In this document: piece by piece, positions 27,801 through 37,403 of the stretch
How positions within the stretch are numbered: the first letter of the stretch is position 1
Layout of the letters: each line of letters starts with the position of its first letter
DNA from: a virus
Lineage: Duplodnaviria; Caudoviricetes
Virus record (IMG/VR): IMGVR_UViG_3300007541_000020
Location: 1,076-65,075 of that record
Direction: 5' to 3' (one strand)
DNA length: 64,000 nt
Notes under the pieces: generated by a model
The model's input: only the letters and a program-made list of their open reading frames with translations
The model's database searches: none
Told to the model about the DNA's origin: nothing
Made by a program: the position numbers and the translations under genes

Positions 27801-30800
27801 AGAAAGATCGGCAGTTGCAGAAGATATCATAGGTAGAAGTGGCATCTCTAAGATAGTAAAAGAAGAGATAGACATTATAAAAAGGAATAAAGGTAGACAG
27901 CAGTCTGCATTAAAAGAGGCAAATCTTTCAGAAAAACAAATCAGCGTTAGGGAGGAAAATCAGAAGAAATTTCAGTCCGCATGGCTCAAGGAAAGACAGA
28001 GACAAATAGAAAGTTCCATGATGGAATCTATGTCTTCATTAAATAAATCTTCTTCGTTTGATCCTGTAAAAAATATAAATGCAAGTTCATTCCGAAAAAG
28101 CTGGAATGATATGGAATACAATAGGTACTTAGAAAAAATCGGCAAAGGACAATCTGTTTCAAAAGCATTTAGGGAGGCTCAATACATGTATGATCCAGAC
28201 CTTTTTAAAAATACTGGTTTAGTAAAAAGAAGATTGAGAAATAAAGGTCATATTCCAAATTTTGCAAAAATAGCATCTACTGGAGCTCAAAAAATATTAG
28301 ATAAGAATCCTGAGTTTTATGGAGCAGCAAATGATGCAATAAAAAGAGAATCATCCTTCGGATTAACTCCTAAATTAGTTTCAGCCCCATCTTTAAGGGG
28401 ATCTCAGAATCCAGGCTTGGCTGTAGTAAATCAAGAACAAGAAGGAGGGTCTTTGGGGAGGGCAAGAAAATTACATAAAGGATTAAATCCAAAACAAAAA
28501 ACTTCAGCCAAAAAAGTTCCAAATTTTGCTTTAACAGCTGGACAAACTTCTGCTTTATATCATCAGGCAATGTATGATGAGGTTCCAAAAAGAGGCATGG
28601 ATGCAATCGAGCAAAGACAGGCTGCAGTAAGAAGCAATTTAGCTCCATTTTCACAAATAGATCCTATTGTAAATAAACTCAACGATTCTTATGTGAAGCA
28701 TAATCAATTAATTATGCAATCAAATTTAAGGGAAAGAATCGCATTGGGGCTATTGGAAAAAGAAAATGTATCAAGACAAAATTTTGCAAAACAATTTTTA
28801 AGAAAAGATGCGATGGCCGCAATAGCTGGGGGAGGAGGATCTCAGGCTGCATTAGCTAAATCTTATATGAAATATGACGGCGCTGAAATGATGACCAGAA
28901 TGTTTACTGAAAAAGCTATGGCTGATAAATTGGGAGATAAGAAAACATCTAATGCTATCAACAGTTTAATAAAAAATGTAGAAAAACAAACAAATACACT
29001 ATCAAACATTCCAAGACTGCAAGCTCAGGCATTAGAGTCTTCAGCGAGACAGATTAGGGGAGAAAACACTCTGAGTTCTAGATTTACTGGAACACAAGGT
29101 TTTAATCCCAGGGTAGCAGAACAATATTACGGAAAAAAATTTTTAGAGAGTAAAGGAATACAATCTTCAAGTAGGCAAGAGACTGCTGCAATTGTTTCAA
29201 GATTTGGCAGGGAAACTAGAGATGAATTCAAAAAATTTATGCAAGAAAAGGGTGTTATGTCATCTAATGCACAGCTTGCAAGAGGCGGTTTATTGAAAGG
29301 AGAATTCGCTGGATTAATGAGGAGCCAAAGTTCTACATTTCTGCCAAGACTTTCCCAATTAGAGGGTGCTGTAAAAAACGGCGACACTGCTACTGCAAGA
29401 AACTTAAGACGTCAATTAAATCAAGAAGCTTTAAGACAAGGCACAAGCGCAACTGCTATTGCAAAATTACAAGACACAATAAAGAATGTAGAGAGAGAAG
29501 CTAAACCATCAAAAAGAGAAGGTTATAGAGATAGGGGATTGTCCATGCAAAGAGGCGGTCAAAATTTCTCTGGAGGCTTTTATGCTGGATTGGGTGGAGG
29601 CAGGGACTTGAGTCAAACTTTAGGTGGGAAAACAGGAAATTTAGCGGGAAGAGTTGCTGGCTCAGTAGGCGGAGGATTAAAAAATTATTTTTCTAGTGCT
29701 AATAGATTGATGGCTGGAAATACTGGTCTTGCATTATCATTTGCATTACCAATGATGTCTGGAATGGTTCAAAGTCAAAAGGCAAGAGAAGAGAGGGGGG
29801 TATATAGAGACGGAAATTATGAGATAGAAGAAGGTAGAGGGAGAGATGTCGCGGCAAGCACATTAATGGGCGCTGGAATGGGTGCGATGTTCGGATTACC
29901 AGGGCTTCTAGTTGGGGGATTAGCTGGGTTTGCGAAAGCAATGTCACAGACAACTCTTACTATTCAAGAGCAAATCAAAATGAGAGAAAAAGAAATCGCC
30001 GTAATTTCTCAAAATGCTCAAGCTTTATCTTCCGTGCAAAACTTATCGACCGCGAGGGCAGAAGCATTCAGGACAGGAAGATCTGATGATGTAAATAAAT
30101 TAGATTCTCAGATCAATCAAGTATTATCTGGAATTACAGAAAAATCTATAATAGATAGAGCTGTTGCGTCAGTTGGAGACCAAGATGCATTATCTAAATT
30201 ACAGAAAGAAATCGGAGATCAACAAGCCACTCAAAATAATATACAAAATTTTGCTATGGCGATCAATAGCAAAAACTCAAAAAATGCGGGACTTTCTCTT
30301 GCGTCTATTATTTCTCAAAACATAGCTAACGAATTAACTACTATTGAAGATATGAATTCTGCTATCGCAGACATTAAAAGGCAATATGCAGATGCACAAC
30401 AAAGCGGGAATTATTTAGAGGGAGCTGAGTTGAGAAATCTTCGAAGAATGTCCAATAGGGAGGGAATAAGCAACCGTGGATTAGGGATGGCTGGTTTTGC
30501 AGGATTGGGAACTTTTGCAGCTGGAGCTGCTTTATCATTTACTGGAGCTGGAGCGTCAATAGGAATCCCCATGATGTTAGCAGCTTCAGGGGCAGCGGCT
30601 GGAGCAGGATATTTCGGACAACAAGAAGTTGATAAATATTTTGCAGATAGAAAATTAGAACAAGCGGGAAGTCAAGGTTTTGATCAAACTTTATGGATGA
30701 ATAGCCTTGTCAAGAAAGGAGTTTTGAGTCAAGCAACCATGGAACCTTTATTGGCTGCATTAAACAAAGGAGAGACTAATGTATCTGATATTGCCAAGTA

Positions 30801-33800
30801 TGCAGAAGAGGCCGTAAGTCAAATGCAAATGATAAGGGATAATTCAAATGCTTTTGGAAATAATATTTTTGATTTAAATCAAAAATTTAAAAATGCTATA
30901 AATTCAATGGTTACTGATCTAGAAGTTTCAAGAATCAATCAATCAGAAAATTTAAATTCATTAAAATCCATTACGGATATATCATCAAGTTACATGCAGC
31001 CAAATAAAGCAGTACAATACCAAGGTAATCAAATGAGAAAAATGTTTGATCTTGATGTTTCGTATAGAAGGCAAAACCAAGCAAGAGAAAATGATGTATC
31101 TCTTTTAAGAGAATTGCAACAAAACATGAAGCAATTAAATTTAATGCCTACTCAGCAACAAGCTATAATAGATTTAATTCAAAAAGAAGGAACTGGAGCT
31201 GTTGGTACAATGGCAGACCAGAGACTGCTGCAGGGTAAATATGATATATCATTAACTGAAAGCAAACTATCTAATATATTTTCAAGATTAGGTTATAAAG
31301 GCTCTATTGAAAATGTAGGTTCAGCGGGCCGAATGGAAGTAACGAAAGATTCTCAGCTTGGAGGATTTCTTGGAACACAAAATATCCAAGAACAACAAAA
31401 GATAATCGACGATTTACAAAAAAATGCAGCTCAGTATCTTCAACAAGGATCTTATACTGCTACATTCTCAAGAGACCTGGATAACAATTCAAGAAAGCTT
31501 GTGAAAGAAATGCTTCAAAGACAAGATACCAGAAATACTATTTTAGAGGCTCAGATAAATTCAGATAGAAGAAGCTTGGCAATTTCTATAAAAAGAAATG
31601 AAATAGAGAATTCTATTAGACAGAAAACAGAAATGATGTTAGCTTCTTTTCAAACAGAGACGATGAAGGAAGAAAATAGATTAACAACCAAAAGACTTAA
31701 GTCTGCAGGAAAAATCTCAGACCTTCAGTTTCAACAGTCTGATATGTTCCGAGGTTTTAATAATAATGATCAAGAGAATCAAAGACAAACAGAGATAAGG
31801 AAAAAAATATTTGATCAAGAATTTGCCATAAGGAAGGCTGAGATCGAATCCAGAATGAGAACTGAAGCTTCTAGGTTATTATCTGACCAGAATTTGATAT
31901 ATGCATTAAATAATTTGGGAGACAGGATTGATAGTAAATTAAATAAAGAAATTGGCCCAATTGAGCCCAGGGTTCCATCAAATGAACCAACAAAATTAAA
32001 CGAGGGGAGAAAGGCTGCGGAAAAATCTTTAATAATAACAAATCAAGCAAAGGTAGAGGAAGCTAGTTCCAGAGTGGAATCAAAGATAAAGGAGAAAAAC
32101 AAAGCTAAAGCAGAAATAAATAATATAGGAAATCAGATAGATTATCAAAGGTCGATGGAAAAACATTCTAGGAATATTGAAAATATTTTCAAGAATGCAC
32201 CTTTTCCAGAGAAGCCTAAAAGAGGTAATACATTGTATGAAGAGTGGAATCCTTTTGTGGATGGCCCAACAGAAAGATATCTAAAAGCCTCAAAGAAAGT
32301 TCAAAAAGAAACATCAAGACAGGCTCTAAATTACATAGAAGAGAATGAGCTGAGCGGCGCTTTGGGACTCAGTAATACTCATAATTGGAAAGCCAATTTC
32401 ATGAATTGGTCCATAGCTGATCAAGAAAAGGTATTTAGAAACCATGCGGATTCTTACAAGGCGAGAGGTGATTCTATATCTAGAGACAAACTCGTCCCGC
32501 AACAAAATAAATTAAATGAAATTGAAAAAGAAATTAGCAATGCTAGGAATGAAATAAAAAATCTCTCTAACCAGACACAGCAGAGAGTAATAAAACCTGC
32601 TCCTACTCAATCACCATCTGTTCCTAATGTTAATATTGGGCCAAATAATGGACCAAAGACAGGAGAGCAAGAAGATCCATTTGAATATTATGCAAGTCAA
32701 ATTGGAATAAAAAAGAGCGAGCTCTATATGAATCAACTTTCAGAAGCCCAGGGATTAAATGCCCAATTAGATGTAATAGAAAGAGCCATACAAGAAGCAA
32801 AACAGAGTGGCGGAGATATGAGTATGATAAATCAGCTTTTTATGCAATTAGCTGAGAGCTACAAAGCAGCTGGGCTTGAGCTAAGGGAGTTTTCTCAGAA
32901 TTTTAATATTCAAGAAGCTCAAAAGGCAACTGAGAATTTTGTTTCGTCATTGAAAACTTTAAGCGGAGCCCAATCTCAAATTTCTGGCATTAGAAATTTG
33001 ACTAATTTAACAAGCGATGATATTGCAGCGCAATCAAGCATATCTAGTATTTCAGCATTAAAAGATCAAATTCAAAAAGAAAAAGAGTATGAAATATTAA
33101 AGAATGATCCCTCCGCAACTTCATTACAAAAAGCAGATGCATTTGCTGCCGCAAACGCACAATCAATTGGCACCAAACAGCAAAGAGATGAACTTATAGG
33201 TTATTTAAAACAAGAAGAAGGGTTAAGAAGTCAACTTTACAATGCTGAACGTATCGCGAGAACTTCTGAAAATCCTTTTGAGATTTCTCAAGCACAAGAT
33301 GAGGTAAGAAGTTTAAAAAATCAATTGGCTCAATTGGATGATTCTGTTAGAATATTAGGATCTCAACTCGAAAGGACAACACCTAGAGACAGGGGTGTTT
33401 TATCAGAAATAGGCTCTGGAATGTCAAGTGGATTACAACAGGGTTTTGCACAATTAGAAGCTGATTCGGAAACGATATATCAAAGACTGGGGCAACAATT
33501 GCCCGTGCAGTTAAGAGATGGTCTAACCGATGCAATGCAGGCTGCAATAAATGGATCTCAAAAATTTGGGGATGCTATGAAGCAGGTTGGAATTCAGTTG
33601 TTGCAGAACATACAGAGAGCCTTTTTGCAAAGTGCGTCAAATAGAATTACGGGATTAATTGGAAGCGCATTTAATCTAAAATTAAATAGCGGAGGATATG
33701 TTCCAGGAGGCAGTGGGGTAAGAGATGATGTGCCTGCCTTATTGACAGGAGGAGAGTATGTCATGAAAAAAAGCTCTGTAGAAAAATATGGAGTTAATTT

Positions 33801-34767
33801 CATGGAGTCATTAAACAAAGGAAATATTGAAGGGTTTTCTCAAGGAGGCGGAGTTAATTTAAAAATAGGTGCACCTAGGGCCGCAGAAAGAGAATCTTAT
33901 CAAGACTCAAATCAAGATGGATCTGTCACTAGGTACAGGGTTAAAAAAGAAAAAATTGGTATTAACAAGCAATTAACTGCTTATGCAGTAGCAAATGATA
34001 GATCTATACAGAAGTATTTACAAGAAGAAGAAAGCCAGTTTTATGAAGATGTTGAAACAAAGAGACAAGAAAAACATAGATCAAACATGGCTGGATGGAG
34101 AAAAAGACAAGAAAAAGATCAATTATTAAATACAGTTTTAACGATAGCAGGCACAGCTTTATTAAATAAAGGTCTAGATTGGGCAAAGAATAAATACGAT
34201 AATTCTTCTTTTGCTCAAAAAAGATTTGACAAGAAAGTAAACAAGGGATTAGAAGAAAAAGGTTATTACAGGCACAAAGGTGCACCATTGTCTCAAAAAT
34301 TTGAGAGTCCGAGCGACATGATGAGAGTTGAAAAAATGTATGACAGAATATATCAAGATTCTGGACCTCAAGGAGTTTTGCAACAAGCAAGGAAGGATAA
34401 TTTAGATGTAACTGCTGATCAATTTAGATACAAAATGAGAAGGTACAACCAAGGAGGAAAAGTACCATCTGTTTTGACTGGAGGAGAATTTGTTGTAAAT
34501 AAAGATGCTGTTAAAAACAACGGATCCGCTTTTATGAGCAGCGTCAATAGTGGAACTTTGAATACGAGATCAAATCAAGCGACATCCGACCAATCTACTA
34601 ATATAACACATGGAGATGTTAATGTAACAATTAATGTAAGTGGAGGTGGCGCTGCAACATCTTCTGGAGGAAACATGAATCCTTCTGATTTCTCAGCAAA
34701 GGTAAAAAGTGCTGTAATGGAAGTAATTGCAAAAGAAAGAAGAGTTGGGGGATCAATGAGAGGATGA
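24853..34767 (+). CDS. Tail tape measure protein (3304 aa, TP901-like N-terminal core)
   Basis: N-terminal AATELARQG...TARGGKVIGNSFKTIFTRV is TP901-type; Gly/Ala hydrophobic segments and coiled coils; C-terminal GGYVPGGSGVRDDVPALLTGGEYV is a TMP motif. Confidence 0.9.
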   Translation: MPIKVNVVQKGLEESIQRAAKNINSKGLHVNINDRQFTRPLGKITGSVSEFNKSLEASNARVLAFGASVGIIQGVQTAFKALISSAIEVEKKLTEINVVMGLTSKQLENFGSKLFDVARNTAQSFSTVASAATELARQGLTMEETLKRTNDALILTRLTGLDAASAVSGLTAALNTFNKAGLDSTQILSKMAAVDVQFAVSTEDLIDAVSRAGAVANDAGVSFDQLMGAVTAAQQMTARGGKVIGNSFKTIFTRVQRSSTITRLEELGIAVRDMMGNTLPAISVLENLAKTYDTLADTTKAAVAEQVGGVFQINILKAAIKDLSEENSILARATQLSSQATDEAYKKNELLNRSLDALVNQTGASIKELAATIGEIGFSDSMKDYLSFINDQIKGLSNLLSEEKGEKDGTNYFKGFVSGLGKVIMGPGLAAGLVVLTSLAAKTFAFLGGSVKELLGMVSASQKQKQIQESIVAVLAENSSLQAKLLSQEGNRAAQEKTILGILQAQAREQARISSLASRVAPVIAQRGYGPNLQRTRADGHIPNYVSKEEELRERRGAIKSGYTPGKIKSMILPGEGRVVYNSSENVKKFANLNQPAIMPPESSVAGRKYKSKFKKKHGFDPYKNDGLIPNYYQAAGASANFGNFTATKAFGYGWHGPGGGGGGKSAASGSQQRARIRIPGGGGGSGTRGLSFSSSEGFVPNFMKLNASSLKSIKNLQSKTVSPKINSSKFDEIITEKVQLLSLLSDNKFKSLEYLTSGNKLKTFHSARNNVHKYKKGVSAPKDYASWKDLDEKTGSKVLWVGSAGEKEAGYRRFTLEKILSIMSGGKKYGVNLSSFKNKFQGMIPNFALSSTPKDQGEFLKGLKESNPRFYNPAAIAKYETYKNPSKLNDLLNSPKNTVDAVKYLDNNALRRMKQYMQKNSMLGDADWKVVSRINGQEVLGANIDKELRTASPREIFNYLTGQTDRIQGNIPNAFLRLRDHSERSAVAEDIIGRSGISKIVKEEIDIIKRNKGRQQSALKEANLSEKQISVREENQKKFQSAWLKERQRQIESSMMESMSSLNKSSSFDPVKNINASSFRKSWNDMEYNRYLEKIGKGQSVSKAFREAQYMYDPDLFKNTGLVKRRLRNKGHIPNFAKIASTGAQKILDKNPEFYGAANDAIKRESSFGLTPKLVSAPSLRGSQNPGLAVVNQEQEGGSLGRARKLHKGLNPKQKTSAKKVPNFALTAGQTSALYHQAMYDEVPKRGMDAIEQRQAAVRSNLAPFSQIDPIVNKLNDSYVKHNQLIMQSNLRERIALGLLEKENVSRQNFAKQFLRKDAMAAIAGGGGSQAALAKSYMKYDGAEMMTRMFTEKAMADKLGDKKTSNAINSLIKNVEKQTNTLSNIPRLQAQALESSARQIRGENTLSSRFTGTQGFNPRVAEQYYGKKFLESKGIQSSSRQETAAIVSRFGRETRDEFKKFMQEKGVMSSNAQLARGGLLKGEFAGLMRSQSSTFLPRLSQLEGAVKNGDTATARNLRRQLNQEALRQGTSATAIAKLQDTIKNVEREAKPSKREGYRDRGLSMQRGGQNFSGGFYAGLGGGRDLSQTLGGKTGNLAGRVAGSVGGGLKNYFSSANRLMAGNTGLALSFALPMMSGMVQSQKAREERGVYRDGNYEIEEGRGRDVAASTLMGAGMGAMFGLPGLLVGGLAGFAKAMSQTTLTIQEQIKMREKEIAVISQNAQALSSVQNLSTARAEAFRTGRSDDVNKLDSQINQVLSGITEKSIIDRAVASVGDQDALSKLQKEIGDQQATQNNIQNFAMAINSKNSKNAGLSLASIISQNIANELTTIEDMNSAIADIKRQYADAQQSGNYLEGAELRNLRRMSNREGISNRGLGMAGFAGLGTFAAGAALSFTGAGASIGIPMMLAASGAAAGAGYFGQQEVDKYFADRKLEQAGSQGFDQTLWMNSLVKKGVLSQATMEPLLAALNKGETNVSDIAKYAEEAVSQMQMIRDNSNAFGNNIFDLNQKFKNAINSMVTDLEVSRINQSENLNSLKSITDISSSYMQPNKAVQYQGNQMRKMFDLDVSYRRQNQARENDVSLLRELQQNMKQLNLMPTQQQAIIDLIQKEGTGAVGTMADQRLLQGKYDISLTESKLSNIFSRLGYKGSIENVGSAGRMEVTKDSQLGGFLGTQNIQEQQKIIDDLQKNAAQYLQQGSYTATFSRDLDNNSRKLVKEMLQRQDTRNTILEAQINSDRRSLAISIKRNEIENSIRQKTEMMLASFQTETMKEENRLTTKRLKSAGKISDLQFQQSDMFRGFNNNDQENQRQTEIRKKIFDQEFAIRKAEIESRMRTEASRLLSDQNLIYALNNLGDRIDSKLNKEIGPIEPRVPSNEPTKLNEGRKAAEKSLIITNQAKVEEASSRVESKIKEKNKAKAEINNIGNQIDYQRSMEKHSRNIENIFKNAPFPEKPKRGNTLYEEWNPFVDGPTERYLKASKKVQKETSRQALNYIEENELSGALGLSNTHNWKANFMNWSIADQEKVFRNHADSYKARGDSISRDKLVPQQNKLNEIEKEISNARNEIKNLSNQTQQRVIKPAPTQSPSVPNVNIGPNNGPKTGEQEDPFEYYASQIGIKKSELYMNQLSEAQGLNAQLDVIERAIQEAKQSGGDMSMINQLFMQLAESYKAAGLELREFSQNFNIQEAQKATENFVSSLKTLSGAQSQISGIRNLTNLTSDDIAAQSSISSISALKDQIQKEKEYEILKNDPSATSLQKADAFAAANAQSIGTKQQRDELIGYLKQEEGLRSQLYNAERIARTSENPFEISQAQDEVRSLKNQLAQLDDSVRILGSQLERTTPRDRGVLSEIGSGMSSGLQQGFAQLEADSETIYQRLGQQLPVQLRDGLTDAMQAAINGSQKFGDAMKQVGIQLLQNIQRAFLQSASNRITGLIGSAFNLKLNSGGYVPGGSGVRDDVPALLTGGEYVMKKSSVEKYGVNFMESLNKGNIEGFSQGGGVNLKIGAPRAAERESYQDSNQDGSVTRYRVKKEKIGINKQLTAYAVANDRSIQKYLQEEESQFYEDVETKRQEKHRSNMAGWRKRQEKDQLLNTVLTIAGTALLNKGLDWAKNKYDNSSFAQKRFDKKVNKGLEEKGYYRHKGAPLSQKFESPSDMMRVEKMYDRIYQDSGPQGVLQQARKDNLDVTADQFRYKMRRYNQGGKVPSVLTGGEFVVNKDAVKNNGSAFMSSVNSGTLNTRSNQATSDQSTNITHGDVNVTINVSGGGAATSSGGNMNPSDFSAKVKSAVMEVIAKERRVGGSMRG

Positions 34768-35591
34768 AGGGTTTTGTAAAAAACAGAAATCAAGAGTTTA
34801 CAATTAATGGAGTTAATCTTTCAGGAGTATCTTCTGTTAATGCGGGCTATTCAATACCACATGAAATTACTAGCTATATAGGATATACTGGAGCTCCAGG
34901 AATATTCCAAAATTCTCCTGGTATAGGAAATTTATCTTTTGCAAGACCATTGATTTCATCCGATGAAAAAATTACGGAACTAATAGCTCGAAAAGAAGGT
35001 TTTAGCGGAGGGCTTAGTTACAATAATAAATCAATTAATTTTGAAAGCGGATATATAAGCTCTTATGAATGTACATTTTCTATAGATTCAATACCTCAAA
35101 CAAATGTATCAATAGTATCTTATGGTAATTTCGGTCCCTCTGTAGAGATAGAAGAGATTGAAGAAAATGAACAAAAAATTTTTATACCATTAAATAGCGG
35201 TATAATATTAGAATGTGATGGAAGAGATACTAACCGTGTAAGTTCTTTTAGTTTTTCAATAAATATATCCACACAGCCATTGTATTCTGTTGGGAGTATA
35301 TATCCAGTTGATATTTATTTAGAAAAACCTATATACCAAACTTTTTCTGTAAGCCTAGAAATAGAAGATTATGAAACAAAGTCAATTTATGATTATATAA
35401 CAAAAGGTTTTGATAAAAGAGATTTATCCGTAACAATACACGACAAGGGGGGTCAAGATAAAATCAAATACACCTTTAAAGATGCGAGGCTGGTCGAGGA
35501 GAATTTTGCCACAGATAGTGAGGACAATACAAGTGTGAACATAAAGTACATAGCGCCGACAATGAATCAACCTATTATAGAATATATATGA
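34764..35591 (+). CDS. Tail-tube-fold baseplate/distal tail protein (tube paralogue 1)
   Basis: GYISSYECTFSIDSIP and QPLYSVGS match tail tube motifs GYLTDYTFEASVGSIP and TPIERIGS. Confidence 0.6.
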   Translation: MKGFVKNRNQEFTINGVNLSGVSSVNAGYSIPHEITSYIGYTGAPGIFQNSPGIGNLSFARPLISSDEKITELIARKEGFSGGLSYNNKSINFESGYISSYECTFSIDSIPQTNVSIVSYGNFGPSVEIEEIEENEQKIFIPLNSGIILECDGRDTNRVSSFSFSINISTQPLYSVGSIYPVDIYLEKPIYQTFSVSLEIEDYETKSIYDYITKGFDKRDLSVTIHDKGGQDKIKYTFKDARLVEENFATDSEDNTSVNIKYIAPTMNQPIIEYI

Positions 35592-36412
35592 GCTACATAG
35601 GATACGAAAAATGCATTGTGGAAATTAATGGCGAAAAGGTTTTTGCTATTAATGCAAGTATATCTGCAGCTTCAAATTCTCAAGAAAACATAACATATGG
35701 AGGAGAAATGAGGGGGAGAGTGCCTAGATTTTTTAATCAACCTGGAGACGAAGGGAATACATTAGTTAGAGATTATGCCGCAGAGGCTCCATTAGAGTCT
35801 AGTTTGAGTTTAAGATATTACATAACGGGAGAAGAGGATCCAATTGCATCGCTAACAGGAGAGGGATCGTGCCAAGGAAAATTTGGAGGAATAAGCTTTT
35901 CTGGTGCATATTTAACTAGCTATGCAATGCGTATGGAGCCCTATAAACCAATAATCCACTCTGCAGATTTTAGAATTTTTAGTGGATTTAAAAATGGATT
36001 AAAAGAAGAATCTTTTGGAGATCAGATGGATCAAATTGATTTATCAAATGGATCTTATTCAGAACTTGCCAACTTTAATCAACAAAATATAGGAATGAAA
36101 TTTATTAATTCAGTTGATTATTATGTATCTTGCGAAAGACTACCTAGCTACGTTGTCGGAGAGGAGTTTCCAGAATATGTAATACAAGGAAAAGTATTAA
36201 AAAGTTTAAGGGTTGAAGGCGAGAACATAGGAGATGTAATAACATATACTGGAAAAAAAATTACAAAACTAGAAATTTCTCCAAAAACAATCGGGAAAGA
36301 GGCTCGAGGTAAAGATTTGTTTTGTTCTGGAGTATTAGTTTATCAAAATATAAATGTGTCCAAAAATGATTTCCTTGCGGGAGGGATAGAGGTAATAGAA
36401 AGTGTAAAATGA
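35588..36412 (+). CDS. Tail-tube-fold baseplate/distal tail protein (tube paralogue 2)
   Basis: AYLTSYAMRMEP and RLPSYVVG motifs; ATGA overlaps on both sides. Confidence 0.55.
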   Translation: MSYIGYEKCIVEINGEKVFAINASISAASNSQENITYGGEMRGRVPRFFNQPGDEGNTLVRDYAAEAPLESSLSLRYYITGEEDPIASLTGEGSCQGKFGGISFSGAYLTSYAMRMEPYKPIIHSADFRIFSGFKNGLKEESFGDQMDQIDLSNGSYSELANFNQQNIGMKFINSVDYYVSCERLPSYVVGEEFPEYVIQGKVLKSLRVEGENIGDVITYTGKKITKLEISPKTIGKEARGKDLFCSGVLVYQNINVSKNDFLAGGIEVIESVK

Positions 36413-37374
36413 TATTGAATACAAAAACATTCTGGAACACAAATCAAAAAACTTTTTTTGATAATGATGATAATAAAGGAGAGGGTTTCTATAATAACTA
36501 CGAAGATTTTATTAAAAATTCTTACATAGATACAAATCTCAAAAATTTTAAATATAAAGATCCTTTTTTATTTAAACCATCTTATGGCTCTAGTGTTGAA
36601 ATTTATTTTGATTTGAACAATAATTATTTTGGGAACACATATGATTTTAAGGCAATAAACAAAATAAACAATATTTATGTAAACTTTAATTTAAGTTTTA
36701 CTGAAAAAAACGATAACCAAACCAGAGATATAATAAATTACATAAACCAAAGAAAAGGTTTTGAGTATTTTGTTATGCAAAAAAAAGAAAGGGAACTGTT
36801 GGATCAAGAAGAATCTTACAAATCTTTATATTCCATGGAGCCATATATGATACAAGAGTTTGTTTGTAGCAGCCTAGATATTAATCAAGGATATAAAGGG
36901 ATTAATAATATAAATTTAATTTTACAAAACGATTGTTTTTCTCAATTAAATTCAAAGAGAATGTTATTTTCAAAAAGTTTGCCGCAGAGAAAACAGGATA
37001 TAATAAACGAATATTTTCACAAAAAGGTTCTAGATATACCCCCTTCTTACCCTTTGTCTTTATCAAAAAGTTATGATGTTTTCAACACTGAATTTAACAA
37101 TTCAAAGCCATATGTGGGGGGGCATAGCGTGAATCCTGAACGAGGTTTGATTCAAGCTCAATTTATAAATATAGACGACGATACCTTATTGAGTATATTA
37201 GCATTTGTAATTGGAAGTTTAGGTAGGAGATCTTTTAAATTTCAATTAGAAGACCCAATAACGGAAAATTTAAATTTATTATGTAAATCAATTTCTCATA
37301 CTTTTGTTTATAATGGTGTTCATTCATTAGAGATGACATTGGAGAAAACCGTAACACGGAAAGATTTTATTTAA
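36409..37374 (+). CDS. Minor tail protein, lambda gpM-like with tandem domains
   Basis: Precedes the gpL-like gene; two repeats beginning FKPSYGSSV and IPPSYPLSL, each followed by a KGFEYF/GRRSFKF-type motif. Confidence 0.55.
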   Translation: MILNTKTFWNTNQKTFFDNDDNKGEGFYNNYEDFIKNSYIDTNLKNFKYKDPFLFKPSYGSSVEIYFDLNNNYFGNTYDFKAINKINNIYVNFNLSFTEKNDNQTRDIINYINQRKGFEYFVMQKKERELLDQEESYKSLYSMEPYMIQEFVCSSLDINQGYKGINNINLILQNDCFSQLNSKRMLFSKSLPQRKQDIINEYFHKKVLDIPPSYPLSLSKSYDVFNTEFNNSKPYVGGHSVNPERGLIQAQFINIDDDTLLSILAFVIGSLGRRSFKFQLEDPITENLNLLCKSISHTFVYNGVHSLEMTLEKTVTRKDFI

Positions 37375-37403
37375 ATTTAATTAAAAATTAATATTATATA
37401 AAA

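Noticed and set aside
34689-34718. TTTCTC...CTGTAAT near the TMP end as a third strong promoter
   Set aside because: Spacing is 17 rather than 15 nt, both boxes deviate, and the next gene is already coupled by an ATGA overlap.
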